Shown: positions 31,533 to 40,832 of the stretch, one piece after another
How positions within the stretch are numbered: position 1 is the stretch's first letter
Layout of the letters: each line of letters begins with the position of its first letter
Assembly (NCBI GenBank): GCA_965219995.1
Contig: CBDCOX010000002.1
Coordinates: 4,800,001 to 4,864,000, forward strand
Direction: 5' to 3'
Length of the DNA: 64,000 nucleotides
Source of the DNA: Candidatus Latescibacterota bacterium
Lineage (GTDB): Bacteria; Latescibacterota; UBA2968; GCA-2709665
Made by a program: the position numbers and the translations under genes
Notes under the pieces: generated by a model
Database searches by the model: none
What the model saw: only the letters and a program-made list of their open reading frames with translations
What the model was told of the DNA's origin: nothing

Positions 31533-32618
31533 CTAACGGCTGATTGCTGAAAGCTGTTTCTCCAGAAACGTGTACGCCAATTCACGCTGCGGGCCGGCGA
31601 AGCCATGCCCGTCTTCGTGCAGGACCTGGCGGTAGTTGTCCGTCGCGCCATAGAGCGAAAAGACGCTGGACACGGCATCGCCCATGCGCTCGAGGACGGG
31701 ACGCGTGAATCGGGTTTCCTCCAGGCTGTATTGAAAGTCATTCAGCGCGGTGATGTGCATGATGGCGCGGGGCGCGGCCAGGGCCAGGGTTTCGTGGAGT
31801 TCGATCGGGAAGGGTTTTCCGGTCTGACAGTACGGCCTTAGTAAGGGGCGCCCCACCCACCAACCCGTACGTGCATGATTGAAGGGATTTTTGGAGAACC
31901 GAGCGGGCCAGTCGCCGCAACTCGCGACGCCGGCCATGATGCGCGGTTCGAGCGCCATCGCGTGGATCGTGATGCCGCCCCCCTGAGAATGGCCGATGGA
32001 TCCGATGCGTTGGGCGTCGACCTCCGGGATGGTTTGGAGGAGATCGATCGCGCGGCACAGGTCCCACAGGTCCTTGCCGCGGATGGACCACTCGGGGAAT
32101 TCTTCGTAGAAGGGCGCGGTGTCGAAGTCGCGAAGCCCCTCGTATTTGCGTTCGTTCGCGCTCAGAAGGTCGTATGACAGGGTAATGAACCCGCGCCTGA
32201 CCAGGTGAAGCGCATAGGCGCGGTCCTTACCTTTTTCCGAGGGATCGTTCCCGATGACCTGCTGTCGCCCGAACGGCGTGGTGGGGTGGATGCAGAGCAC
32301 CGCCGGGACCCTGCCGTTCAGTCCCTCGGGGATGAGCACGTCCGCGACAATGCGTTCACCCGGCCCGACGTTGTACGCGATGCTTCGCTTGACGTGGTCT
32401 CCCTGGTCCGATTCCAGGACAACCTCAGCGTCCAGCGGACAAACCTCCGAGGGGCCGCGACCCAGGGTCTGGCGGAAAATCGCCCGGAGCGCATCCGCTT
32501 TTGTCTCCCACTCTTCCACCGTTTCGATTGTTGCGATATGGGACGGCCCGCCGCCCATGGTGAGGCCGTCTCCGCCTCTTCGGATTTCCAGCAGATCGTC
32601 GAACGTGATGTCGGCCAT
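31533..32618 (-). CDS. Alpha/beta hydrolase (dienelactone hydrolase/acetylxylan esterase-like)
   Basis: PAVLCIH, PEVDAQRIGSIGHSQGG nucleophile elbow, LAAPR, GHGF. Confidence 0.88.
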   Translation of the reverse strand: MADITFDDLLEIRRGGDGLTMGGGPSHIATIETVEEWETKADALRAIFRQTLGRGPSEVCPLDAEVVLESDQGDHVKRSIAYNVGPGERIVADVLIPEGLNGRVPAVLCIHPTTPFGRQQVIGNDPSEKGKDRAYALHLVRRGFITLSYDLLSANERKYEGLRDFDTAPFYEEFPEWSIRGKDLWDLCRAIDLLQTIPEVDAQRIGSIGHSQGGGITIHAMALEPRIMAGVASCGDWPARFSKNPFNHARTGWWVGRPLLRPYCQTGKPFPIELHETLALAAPRAIMHITALNDFQYSLEETRFTRPVLERMGDAVSSVFSLYGATDNYRQVLHEDGHGFAGPQRELAYTFLEKQLSAISR

Positions 32619-32818
32619 ATGCACTCCCGGATCGGGATTTTCAGGACAAGGGCGCTATTCGTTCTGGCGATGTTTCGTTCGCCCGGGCGCCGCCGGTATT
32701 CCCGTCACGATACGGAATTCCCGTAATATACACGAATCCCGGGAACTGGCGCAACCGTGAAAGGGCCTTGAGAAATTTACCATCGATAGATGCGCAGACC
32801 TCTCCCCCCGGCCCCAGT

Positions 32819-33015
32819 AAGGCGGTGAGAGGTAAGACGGGAGACGGTAGACGATCACGCTGCACCAAGGGACGGCGATACGGCCTGGCGAGATAACCTA
32901 GCGGATGCGCAGACCTCCCCCCTGCCCCCTCTCCTAAAGGAAAGGGGGAGAAAACAGGTGACTCTGAGGGGATCACAGTTCCCCTTCCTTCAGGAAGGGG
33001 GATAGGGGGTAGGTC
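32819..33015. repeat. Composite intergenic repeat, copy 2
   Basis: See 18037-18255. Preceded by a duplicate gatgcgcagacctc.cccccc at about 32789. Confidence 0.75.
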
Positions 33016-33120
33016 GGTGACGTGGAGAGGGGTTTTTCCGTGTTAATCCGTTCTCCAAATTTGTTATATATCGCCATCGCCGCCGTCAGGGCGGTACCGG
33101 TACGCGGGGATCCACCACCG

Positions 33121-33196
33121 ATGCCTCCATCTCGATGAACATACGAGGGTTGCATCTCCGCGGGTTTTGGCAAGATTGACGGAAGGGGATGAGGCG
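33121..33196 (+). promoter_or_regulatory. Candidate translational-attenuation leader (two overlapping uORFs plus anti-SD)
   Basis: uORF1 MPPSR* 33121-33138 and uORF2 MNIRGLHLRGFWQD* 33135-33179; catctcc and gcctccatc can pair with ggggatg/gatgaggc in the ABC-F SD region. Confidence 0.4.
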
Positions 33197-34753
33197 GTGC
33201 TTCAGGTACATGGCTTACGCGTTGCCTACGGGGCTGTTACCGTGCTGGACGGCATTTCGTTCAGCCTGCGCGGCGGCGAGGCGGTTGCCGTCGTGGGCGC
33301 GAACGGATGCGGAAAGACCACGCTGCTGAAATGCCTTACGGGCGAGATCACGGATTACGAGGGCGACGTCTCCCTGCACCGGTCCGCGAGGTGGGCCTGT
33401 GTTCCCCAGGAGAGCCCGGCAGAATTCGAGGGATCGGCCGTGACACGCGCGCTGTCTTTCGACGCGGAGTTGGCCCGGCTGTACACGGGCATTCAGGCGG
33501 GGCGGCACGAATTCTATCAGGACTACTACGAGTCGGGCGGGTTCGAGCGCGAGGACCGGGTTCGAACCTTTGCCGGAAATTTCGGCGTGGATCTGGAGAC
33601 GCCGTACGGGAGCATGTCCCGCGGACAGCAGCGAAAGGTGGACCTGGCGGGAGCGCTGGCACTGGACGCGGACCTGATGCTGTTCGACGAACCGCTGAAC
33701 TATCTGGATATCCGGGGCATCACGGCGTTTGAGGAGGCCGTCCGCCAAGTCAAACGACGGGGACGCGCGGTGCTGATCGTAAGTCACGATCGGGAGCTGA
33801 TCGACAACGTGGCGGACCGGACGGTCTACCTCGAACGGGGCGCCATGTTTTCCGTACATGGCGGCTATTCGACGGCGCTGGAGCACAGGGAGCGGGACTT
33901 TCAGGGCAGGCTGGACAGAGCGAGAGACCTGAGGAAAAAGATCTCGGGGCTTCAGGAGGCCATGCGGAGAAGGATGTCGTGGGGGGTGAGCCGTGAAAAC
34001 GAGACGAGGGACTCCTCGAGCCGTCGTCTCGCCGCAAAGGTGATGAAGGGCGCGAAGGCGATGGAGCGGCGCCTCGAACGGCACACGGCTGATCTGGAAG
34101 CGGAGAAACCCTGGATCGAGAAGAAGGTGAGGATGAATTTCCCGCCCTACGAGGTGGACCGCCGCCTGGTGGGAAGGATGGAGTCGGCGGTCAAACAATG
34201 GGATGGCAACACGGTCCTGGAAGCGCTGGACCTGGTCGTGGAGACAAGAGACCGGATCGCAGTCATGGGGCCGAACGGGGCCGGCAAGACAACGCTTCTA
34301 AACGTGATGACGGGGCAACTGCCGCCGGATTCGGGCTCGGTGTATTTCAATGCCAATGTGAGGACGGGATATGTAACGCAGGGCCTGGACGGCTTCTACG
34401 ACCGGGAGATCTTCCTGGACAATTTCCGCGACGTCGATTACGACGAGAGCGAGGTGCGCCAGTTTCTGGGCGCGGCCAAACTGCGTGCCGAAAAAGTGGT
34501 CCGGCCCGTCCGGACGCTCAGTTACGGCGAGCGGATGCGCGGCGCCATTGTGAAGATGATCCTGGATAGGATGGAGTTTCTCGTGTTGGATGAGCCCACG
34601 ACGCACCTGGACGTCGAGTCCGTGGAGGTGCTGGAAAAGTTGCTGGAGGACTTTCCCGGCGGGTTTGTCGTCGTCAGCCACGACCGTCGGTTGGTTACCA
34701 CCGTGGCGGATGAAATCTTTATGCTGGAAAACGGGAAGTTGGAAATGCTGTAA
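33197..34753 (+). CDS. ABC-F family ATPase (ribosome-associated; possible antibiotic-resistance subfamily)
   Basis: Two NBDs (GANGCGKTT/DEPLNYLD/VSHDR and GPNGAGKTT/DEPTTHLD/VSHDR), no TM segments, helical linker ..W...RE.......AAKVMKGAKAMERR. Confidence 0.9.
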   Translation: MLQVHGLRVAYGAVTVLDGISFSLRGGEAVAVVGANGCGKTTLLKCLTGEITDYEGDVSLHRSARWACVPQESPAEFEGSAVTRALSFDAELARLYTGIQAGRHEFYQDYYESGGFEREDRVRTFAGNFGVDLETPYGSMSRGQQRKVDLAGALALDADLMLFDEPLNYLDIRGITAFEEAVRQVKRRGRAVLIVSHDRELIDNVADRTVYLERGAMFSVHGGYSTALEHRERDFQGRLDRARDLRKKISGLQEAMRRRMSWGVSRENETRDSSSRRLAAKVMKGAKAMERRLERHTADLEAEKPWIEKKVRMNFPPYEVDRRLVGRMESAVKQWDGNTVLEALDLVVETRDRIAVMGPNGAGKTTLLNVMTGQLPPDSGSVYFNANVRTGYVTQGLDGFYDREIFLDNFRDVDYDESEVRQFLGAAKLRAEKVVRPVRTLSYGERMRGAIVKMILDRMEFLVLDEPTTHLDVESVEVLEKLLEDFPGGFVVVSHDRRLVTTVADEIFMLENGKLEML

Positions 34754-34771
34754 TGGCGGAAGCCGTGGATT

Positions 34772-35917
34772 TCACGGAGAACCGGTTTCCCAGAAGTAGA
34801 TCGGTCTGCCTGTGGCGTCGATGTAGCCCGACCGTCCTTCTTCGACCACGGGAGCCACGCCGTCGTTGAAAGTCCAGACCCTGGTGAATTTCGGTTCGAC
34901 GACGCAGTCGCCCTGTCGATTGATAAACCCCCATCTGCTGACGACCAGGACGGCGGCCATGCCTTCGGAGAAGTGCTCGACGTGGTCGAAGCGAGGCCGG
35001 ACGACAAAGGCGCCGGTCTTGTCGATGAATCCGAATCGATCCCCGATTCGGGCGCCGGCGAGGCCTTCGCGAAAGGGGTGGGCTTCGTCGAATTTCAGGG
35101 GAATAACGAACTTCCCGGTTTCGTCGATATATCCCTCTTTGTCGCCGATGCCCACTCGCCCTAGACCCTCGACAAAGCCCAGGGCTCTCTCGAATTGGGG
35201 CGGAATGATCATATCGCCGGTTCTATTGATGTAGCCGAATTTACCGTCTTTTTTGGCGGCGTACGGCGCTGAAAATTCAAAGGGCGAGTGATTCATGGGA
35301 GGATCTCCTTTCCGCGTTTGCTTTGATGTTGGCGAAGGAATGGCTGCCGATGCGAGGGCCTCTTCGTCGGGCGTGAACCGGGCCTCGACGAGGGTCTTTA
35401 CGAGTTGTTTCCTCACCTTGCGTTTGGCTCTGAGAATGCGCATGGTGATGGCTTTGTACGAGAGACTGTGGATTTTTTGAAGGTCGGCATAGGTGATGTC
35501 GTCCAGGTAGCGGGATTTGAGCAGGTCGCGTTCGAGTGCGGGCAATCTGTCAATGGCGCGCATGGTTCGTTCAATGGTCTCATTCTGAATCAGACGCGCT
35601 TCAGCGGACGGTTCGGTGGCGGGTTCCGGCTGGACGTGGGACCGCGTGCGCGATTGTTTGCGGCGCAGCCGGTTCTGGCATTCGTGGCGCACAATTCGAC
35701 GCAGCCACGCCTCGAAACTCTCCGGGCGTTTAAGAGCAGCGAGGTTCTGATACGCTTTGAGAAAGGCGTCCTGAGCAATTTCCCGTGCATCCTCAGGATT
35801 CTTCATCCAGAGTAAGGCGTGGGCGTAAACGGACCCCTGGTGTTTCCGTATGAGTTGCTCGAGGGCTCGCACATCACCCGCGAGAATCTGCTGGATCGTG
35901 TGCGCGTCGTTGTTCAC
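34772..35917 (-). CDS. ECF sigma factor fused to WG-repeat domain
   Basis: Sigma region 2 (DAREIAQDAFLKAYQNL..L..PESF.AWLRRI) and region 4 (LP..ER...Y..I......I..R..RAK), then 4-5 repeats GYI..TG...I...F.....F.EG.A. Confidence 0.9.
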   Translation of the reverse strand: MNNDAHTIQQILAGDVRALEQLIRKHQGSVYAHALLWMKNPEDAREIAQDAFLKAYQNLAALKRPESFEAWLRRIVRHECQNRLRRKQSRTRSHVQPEPATEPSAEARLIQNETIERTMRAIDRLPALERDLLKSRYLDDITYADLQKIHSLSYKAITMRILRAKRKVRKQLVKTLVEARFTPDEEALASAAIPSPTSKQTRKGDPPMNHSPFEFSAPYAAKKDGKFGYINRTGDMIIPPQFERALGFVEGLGRVGIGDKEGYIDETGKFVIPLKFDEAHPFREGLAGARIGDRFGFIDKTGAFVVRPRFDHVEHFSEGMAAVLVVSRWGFINRQGDCVVEPKFTRVWTFNDGVAPVVEEGRSGYIDATGRPIYFWETGSP

Positions 35918-35931
35918 GGTGAGTCCTTTTC

Positions 35932-35990
35932 AGCCTGAATAATTCAGTAGACATAAACTTACATGGATGGACAGGATGAACAGGATAAAG
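35932..35990. repeat. Short repeat with 9-mer periodicity, copy A
   Basis: agcctgaata...ttacatggatggacaggatgaacaggat; copy B at 38188-38232. Confidence 0.6.
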
Positions 35991-36329
35991 ACCAAGAGCA
36001 GGACAAATGCTCACGATTCCGGGCCAAACCGATGGATCCTTACCTCGGCGGGCTACGAAACATCACCCTGACCAAACAATTCCGAAATTCATGAAATGCT
36101 GACGCGTAATATTTCGCAGGATTTATTGAAAAACAACCCGTTATACATCAAAACCAGGGTTTTCGTGAATAATCCACCTTAGATAAAGACACCGTAACCC
36201 TTTTTTTCTTCGCTTTTTCTTATGTAATATAGCGTAGCATCGGTGAAGGGCTCGGACAATGCGCATTGCGTTCTTCAACTCCGCAGGAAACGACGTGAAA
36301 CTCATGCCTGCAATTCTTCCGGAGTCGAA

Positions 36330-37346
36330 ATGATAGTCATCTATTCGCCGACCCACCGGCGTCACGCGCCTCCATTTCAGTTTATCGGAGGCGGGCTGAA
36401 GCCCTATCCCGAAGTTCCGGCGCGGGCGGAGGCCATCCTGCGCGCGGTCGAAGAGACGCACGAGGTGCTGCCGCCGCGGGCATTTTCGATGGACGCCATC
36501 CGCGCCGTGCACGACGCGGGATATCTGCGCTTCCTGGAACACGTCCACGCGGCGTGGGTGGAACGGGGCGGCGGAGGCGAAACCGGACTGATCCCCGACA
36601 CCTTCGCCGCGCGCGCGTCGTCCCGCGTACCGCGCGACGTCATACATCAGGCGGGTTACTATAGTTTCGAGACGCAGACGCCCATTGTGGAGCACACCTT
36701 CGAGGCCGCGCGCGCCGCCGCGTTCTGCGCGCTGACCGGCGCCGCGATGCTGCTGGAAGGCGAGGCATCGGTGTACGCGCTCTGCCGTCCGCCCGGCCAT
36801 CACGCGGCCGCCGACCAGTACGGCGGCTACTGTTATCTGAACCACGCCGCGATTGCGGCGAGATATCTCAGCGCCTCCGGACGGGCAGCCGTTCTGGATC
36901 TGGACTATCACCACGGGAACGGAACGCAGTCGATATTCTACGCGTCGGACGCGGTCCCGTTCGTTTCGATCCACGCGGACCCGGACCGCGAGTATCCCTG
37001 GTTCAGCGGGTATGCGGACGAGGCGGGGGCGGGCGCCGGGAGAGGGTCGAACGTCAATTTCCCGCTTCCCATTGGCGCCGGCGAAACGCTGTACCTGGAG
37101 ACGCTGGACAGGGCTCTGGGCGAAGTGGACCGGTTCGCCCCCGCCTTTCTCGTGATCTCGCTGGGTGTGGACGTCTGCGTGCACGACCCCCTGGGCAAGT
37201 TCGATCTTCCTGTGGCGGCGTTCGAGACGATCGGACGTCATCTCGCCTCGCTCGGCGTTCCCACGCTGCTGGTTCAGGAGGGCGGATACGACCTCGAAAC
37301 CATTGGCCCCTGTGTGAAGAATGTGCTTGATGGATTTGGGCGATAG
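36330..37346 (+). CDS. Histone deacetylase family / acetylpolyamine amidohydrolase
   Basis: ALCRPPGHHA, GGYCYLN, LDLDYHHGNGTQ, SIHADP, SLGVD, QEGGY. Confidence 0.93.
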   Translation: MIVIYSPTHRRHAPPFQFIGGGLKPYPEVPARAEAILRAVEETHEVLPPRAFSMDAIRAVHDAGYLRFLEHVHAAWVERGGGGETGLIPDTFAARASSRVPRDVIHQAGYYSFETQTPIVEHTFEAARAAAFCALTGAAMLLEGEASVYALCRPPGHHAAADQYGGYCYLNHAAIAARYLSASGRAAVLDLDYHHGNGTQSIFYASDAVPFVSIHADPDREYPWFSGYADEAGAGAGRGSNVNFPLPIGAGETLYLETLDRALGEVDRFAPAFLVISLGVDVCVHDPLGKFDLPVAAFETIGRHLASLGVPTLLVQEGGYDLETIGPCVKNVLDGFGR

Positions 37347-37442
37347 GCGTTAATTGTCCGTCCCGACGTTTTTGATCGACACCGGCGATTCCGGCGCAGC
37401 CGCGTCTTCGGGGTCCGCCCTGGCCCGCGAAAGGTGGAAGCC

Positions 37443-38189
37443 ATGATTCTCGCCGAAATGACATCCCCGGAAATCGATGCCCTGCCTCGCGATATCGTGG
37501 TGTTGATTCCGGTGGCCTCCTGCGAACAGCACAGCCTGCATCTGCCCGTGTTTACCGACAGCCTGATCGGCGGCGAGGTGGCCGGGCGCGTGCACGAACG
37601 CTGCCCGGACGACGTGCTGGTGCTGCCGGTGCAGTGGCTGGGATACTCCCAGCACCACATCCGTTATCCGGGTACGGTGAGCGCGGTCTCCGATACGCAT
37701 CTGTTGCTCATGATGGACATCGTGGCGTCGATGGTGGGGCACGGGTTCCGGAAGATCCTGATTCAGAACAGCCACGGCGGCAACGGCGCCAATGTCTCCG
37801 TGCTGCTGCAGCGGCTGATGGAACGGTACCCCGACGGCGACGTGGAGTTCTACTCACGCTGGGCGTGGGCCTCCGGCGATAAGCTCGACAGGATTCGGCG
37901 ACTCGGCTCGGGCGGGTCGGGCCATGCCGGCGAGACGGAGACCTCGATGATCCTGGCCATCCGTCCGGAACTGGTGCGTTTGGACCGTCTTGACGCGGAC
38001 GGAGAGCGGGACGGGATGCGGGTCTCGGGCGTGGCTTCCTACCACCGGTTCGATCAGCGCACGAAACACGGCGGCGTCGGCGATCCGCGCCCCGCGAGCG
38101 CGGAGCATGGGGAGCAGATGCTGGATGCTTCCGCCGACGAGGTGGCGGAGCACGTGAAGCAGATCAGGGCCCTGAAGCCGTTCGGTTAG
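37443..38189 (+). CDS. Creatininase family amidohydrolase
   Basis: PVASCEQHSLHLP..TD, GYSQHH..YPGT, NSHGGN, HAGETETS. Confidence 0.92.
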   Translation: MILAEMTSPEIDALPRDIVVLIPVASCEQHSLHLPVFTDSLIGGEVAGRVHERCPDDVLVLPVQWLGYSQHHIRYPGTVSAVSDTHLLLMMDIVASMVGHGFRKILIQNSHGGNGANVSVLLQRLMERYPDGDVEFYSRWAWASGDKLDRIRRLGSGGSGHAGETETSMILAIRPELVRLDRLDADGERDGMRVSGVASYHRFDQRTKHGGVGDPRPASAEHGEQMLDASADEVAEHVKQIRALKPFG

Positions 38190-38232
38190 CCTGAATAGGT
38201 CAAATTCATGAATTTACATGGATGGACATGGA
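38188..38232. repeat. Short repeat with 9-mer periodicity, copy B
   Basis: agcctgaataggtcaaattcatgaatttacatggatggacatgga. Confidence 0.55.
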
Positions 38233-38342
38233 AGCCGTTCCCTTGAAACCGTGTGTAGTCCGGCGCGAACGCACTGGAGTTGATGGACGAACTCTGGTCC
38301 GTAAAACACCCGCACGCTGAAACGATATCCGGAGGAGATTGC

Positions 38343-39134
38343 ATGCGCGCAAATCGACTGAGCGAACTGTTGAAGGCGGACAAGCCAAGCGTGGGTACTC
38401 ACGTACACAGTCCCTGGCCGACCGTGATGGAACTGGTCGGTCTTTCCGGGATGTTCGACTACGTGGAATATGTGTCGGAATATGCGCCGTACGACCTGCA
38501 CACGTTCGAAAACCTGGCCAGGGCGATTGAGCTTTACGATATGTCGTCCATGATCAAGGTGGAGCAGGAACCGAGATCGCACCTGGCTTCCCGGGCGATC
38601 GGCGCTGGTATCCAGAACGTGTTGTTCGCCGACGTGCGGAACGTCTCCGATGCTCGCGAGTGCGTGAATGCGGTGCGTGCCGAAACGCCGAAGACGGGCG
38701 GACAGCACGGCGCGAGCATGCGCCGGACCATGGGGTTCGGGATGGCCGGGGGCCTGCCGGAATTCGTGGATGCCATGGAGGATGTTGTCATCGCCATAAT
38801 GATCGAGAAGGCGCCGGCCGTGGAGAACCTCGAGGCGCTGCTGTCCGTGGGCGGCATTGATATGGTGCAGTTCGGTCCTGGAGACTACTCCATGAGCATC
38901 GGCCACCCGGGCGAGTACGGAGGCGAGCGAGTCAGGGAGGCGGAGAAGTTCGTCATCGAAACGTCATTGAAGATGGGTGTAGCGCCGCGCGCCGAAATCA
39001 GCAGTCCGGACCAGGCGGAGCGCTATCTGGACATGGGGGTGAAACACTTCTGCATCGGTACGGACGTGAGCATCCTGATGGACTGGTTCCGCAATCGGGG
39101 AGAGGAAATGCGGCGGGTACTCGAAGGCGCATAA
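38343..39134 (+). CDS. HpcH/HpaI aldolase family protein
   Basis: FDYVEY..EY, IMIEK..AVENLE.LLSV.GIDMVQFGPGDYSMSIG; SD ggagga. Confidence 0.9.
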   Translation: MRANRLSELLKADKPSVGTHVHSPWPTVMELVGLSGMFDYVEYVSEYAPYDLHTFENLARAIELYDMSSMIKVEQEPRSHLASRAIGAGIQNVLFADVRNVSDARECVNAVRAETPKTGGQHGASMRRTMGFGMAGGLPEFVDAMEDVVIAIMIEKAPAVENLEALLSVGGIDMVQFGPGDYSMSIGHPGEYGGERVREAEKFVIETSLKMGVAPRAEISSPDQAERYLDMGVKHFCIGTDVSILMDWFRNRGEEMRRVLEGA

Positions 39135-39227
39135 AATTTCATACGGATCGCGGGCGATACAGCTTGCAGGAATGAATCAAAGGGTCTGCGGCCAGTGCGA
39201 TGCAGGCCGGAGGGAGGCGAAACAAGG

Positions 39228-40283
39228 ATGGCAATGGCATCGAACGATAACGGCCGGTCGGATCCTCACGGACTGTGGAACACGGGAAATCCCCGCATGC
39301 ACGTGGGTACGCAGCGGTTCGACACAACGGATGAACACCTGTCCTTTCTCGCGCGCCACGGCGTGAACAGTATGGCCGCGAACGACATCACGTTTCACCG
39401 CGATCGGGGCTGGGATGCCGAGGAACTTGCGGCGAAACGTGATAAGTGCGCTCGTTACGGCGTGGACCTCGAGATGGTGGCGCTGCCTCTCCACCAGTTC
39501 AACGAGGACGGTGGTTCGGTGCCGAACTACATGCTGGGCAACTGGAAAAAGGGAGAGAAAGAGATCGAACGCGTGTGCCGGATGGTGCGCGCCACGTCCG
39601 AAGCCGGCATTCCCGCCATCAAGTATTTTCTGTGCGAGATGGAAAACCAGCGGACGGAAAGCGTGCCACTCGGGCGCGGGGGGGTGCGGTATTCCACCTG
39701 GGATCTCTCGAAGGCCGATTCCGGTACGCCCAGGTACGATCAACCCGTGACCGCCGAAGAAAACTGGAAGCGGGTAACCTTCTTTCTCGAGCGGGTGATC
39801 CCCGTCGCGGAAGAATGTAAAGTCCGCATGGCCTGCCACCCCTGCGACCCGTGGTTGCCGCCGGGCTACAAGGGGGTGGACCGCGTCCTGGGCGGTGCGG
39901 AGGGGTTCAAGCGGTTCATCGAGATCTGCCCCAGTCCCTATCACGGCCTGAATCTCTGCCTGGGCTGCATGGCCGAGAGCGTAGAAAACCCCGCCACGGA
40001 GGTGCCGGACATTATCCGGTATTTCGGAGAACGGAAGAAGATCCACCTGATCCACTATCGGAACATCTTCGGCGGCCGCAACAAATTCCAGGAAGTCTGG
40101 CCCGATGAAGGCGACATGAATATGTACACGCTGATGCAGGCGCTGAAAGACGTCGGCTATCCGCACATGGTCGTGCCGGACCACGCTCCGGGCCACAGCG
40201 CGAAGGGGAGTTTCGAACAGGCCTTCGCCTTCCAGTTCGGCTATATCAAGGCGATGATGCAGGCGGCGCTCTCGACCGATTGA
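39228..40283 (+). CDS. Mannonate dehydratase (UxuA)-family protein
   Basis: W....FFL..VIPVAEE..V.MA.HP.DP, SPYHGLNLC.G, KIH.IHYRN, F.E...DEGD..M, PDHAP, AF.FGYIKA. Confidence 0.85.
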   Translation: MAMASNDNGRSDPHGLWNTGNPRMHVGTQRFDTTDEHLSFLARHGVNSMAANDITFHRDRGWDAEELAAKRDKCARYGVDLEMVALPLHQFNEDGGSVPNYMLGNWKKGEKEIERVCRMVRATSEAGIPAIKYFLCEMENQRTESVPLGRGGVRYSTWDLSKADSGTPRYDQPVTAEENWKRVTFFLERVIPVAEECKVRMACHPCDPWLPPGYKGVDRVLGGAEGFKRFIEICPSPYHGLNLCLGCMAESVENPATEVPDIIRYFGERKKIHLIHYRNIFGGRNKFQEVWPDEGDMNMYTLMQALKDVGYPHMVVPDHAPGHSAKGSFEQAFAFQFGYIKAMMQAALSTD

Positions 40284-40377
40284 AACCGGAAGGATAGCAG
40301 CAGACCCTCACCGTCGATCCGGCGTCGGCAAGGCGATATTCTTTCGAGGGAACACGCGTATCCCCGGAGTCGTGACG

Positions 40378-40716
40378 ATGTTCGATACGAGCAGTTTCGA
40401 CCGGGCTCTGAAGAAACGAAGAGAGAAGCAAGACCGCGAGAGAACGGAATGTCTGCGTTCGGTTACGGCAACTCTGAAGCGGATCCGTGACGAGTACGAC
40501 ATCTGTGAAGCATACGTTACGGGTGCGCTTCTGTTTGAACACAGTTGGAACCGGACGTCCCACGTCGCAGTGGCTGTTGGCGGATGTTCGATGCGGGTAC
40601 TTGACGTGATGAAGGTGTTGGAAGACGCCTCGGGCAGGACCGTGGACGTCATCGATCTGGATATGCATCCGTTTCCCGAATCGGTCAGGAACTGGAGTTT
40701 GATGGTTTATCAATGA
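40378..40716 (+). CDS. MNT-type nucleotidyltransferase-like protein with degenerate active site
   Basis: Overall MNT antitoxin layout (AYV.G.L......S.V.VAV.G ... LE...GR.VDVIDL), but GS is GA and DxD is HVA. Confidence 0.6.
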   Translation: MFDTSSFDRALKKRREKQDRERTECLRSVTATLKRIRDEYDICEAYVTGALLFEHSWNRTSHVAVAVGGCSMRVLDVMKVLEDASGRTVDVIDLDMHPFPESVRNWSLMVYQ

Positions 40717-40832
40717 AGCCGGGTTGTGGCGGGATTCCTGGGTCGAATATCGGAATAGGCAGTAGCGGTGAGCGACACGTGGGCACTGGGGGCAGTCCGA
40801 AGTAAGCGGGGTCGAGCAATGAGGAGGGCGAG

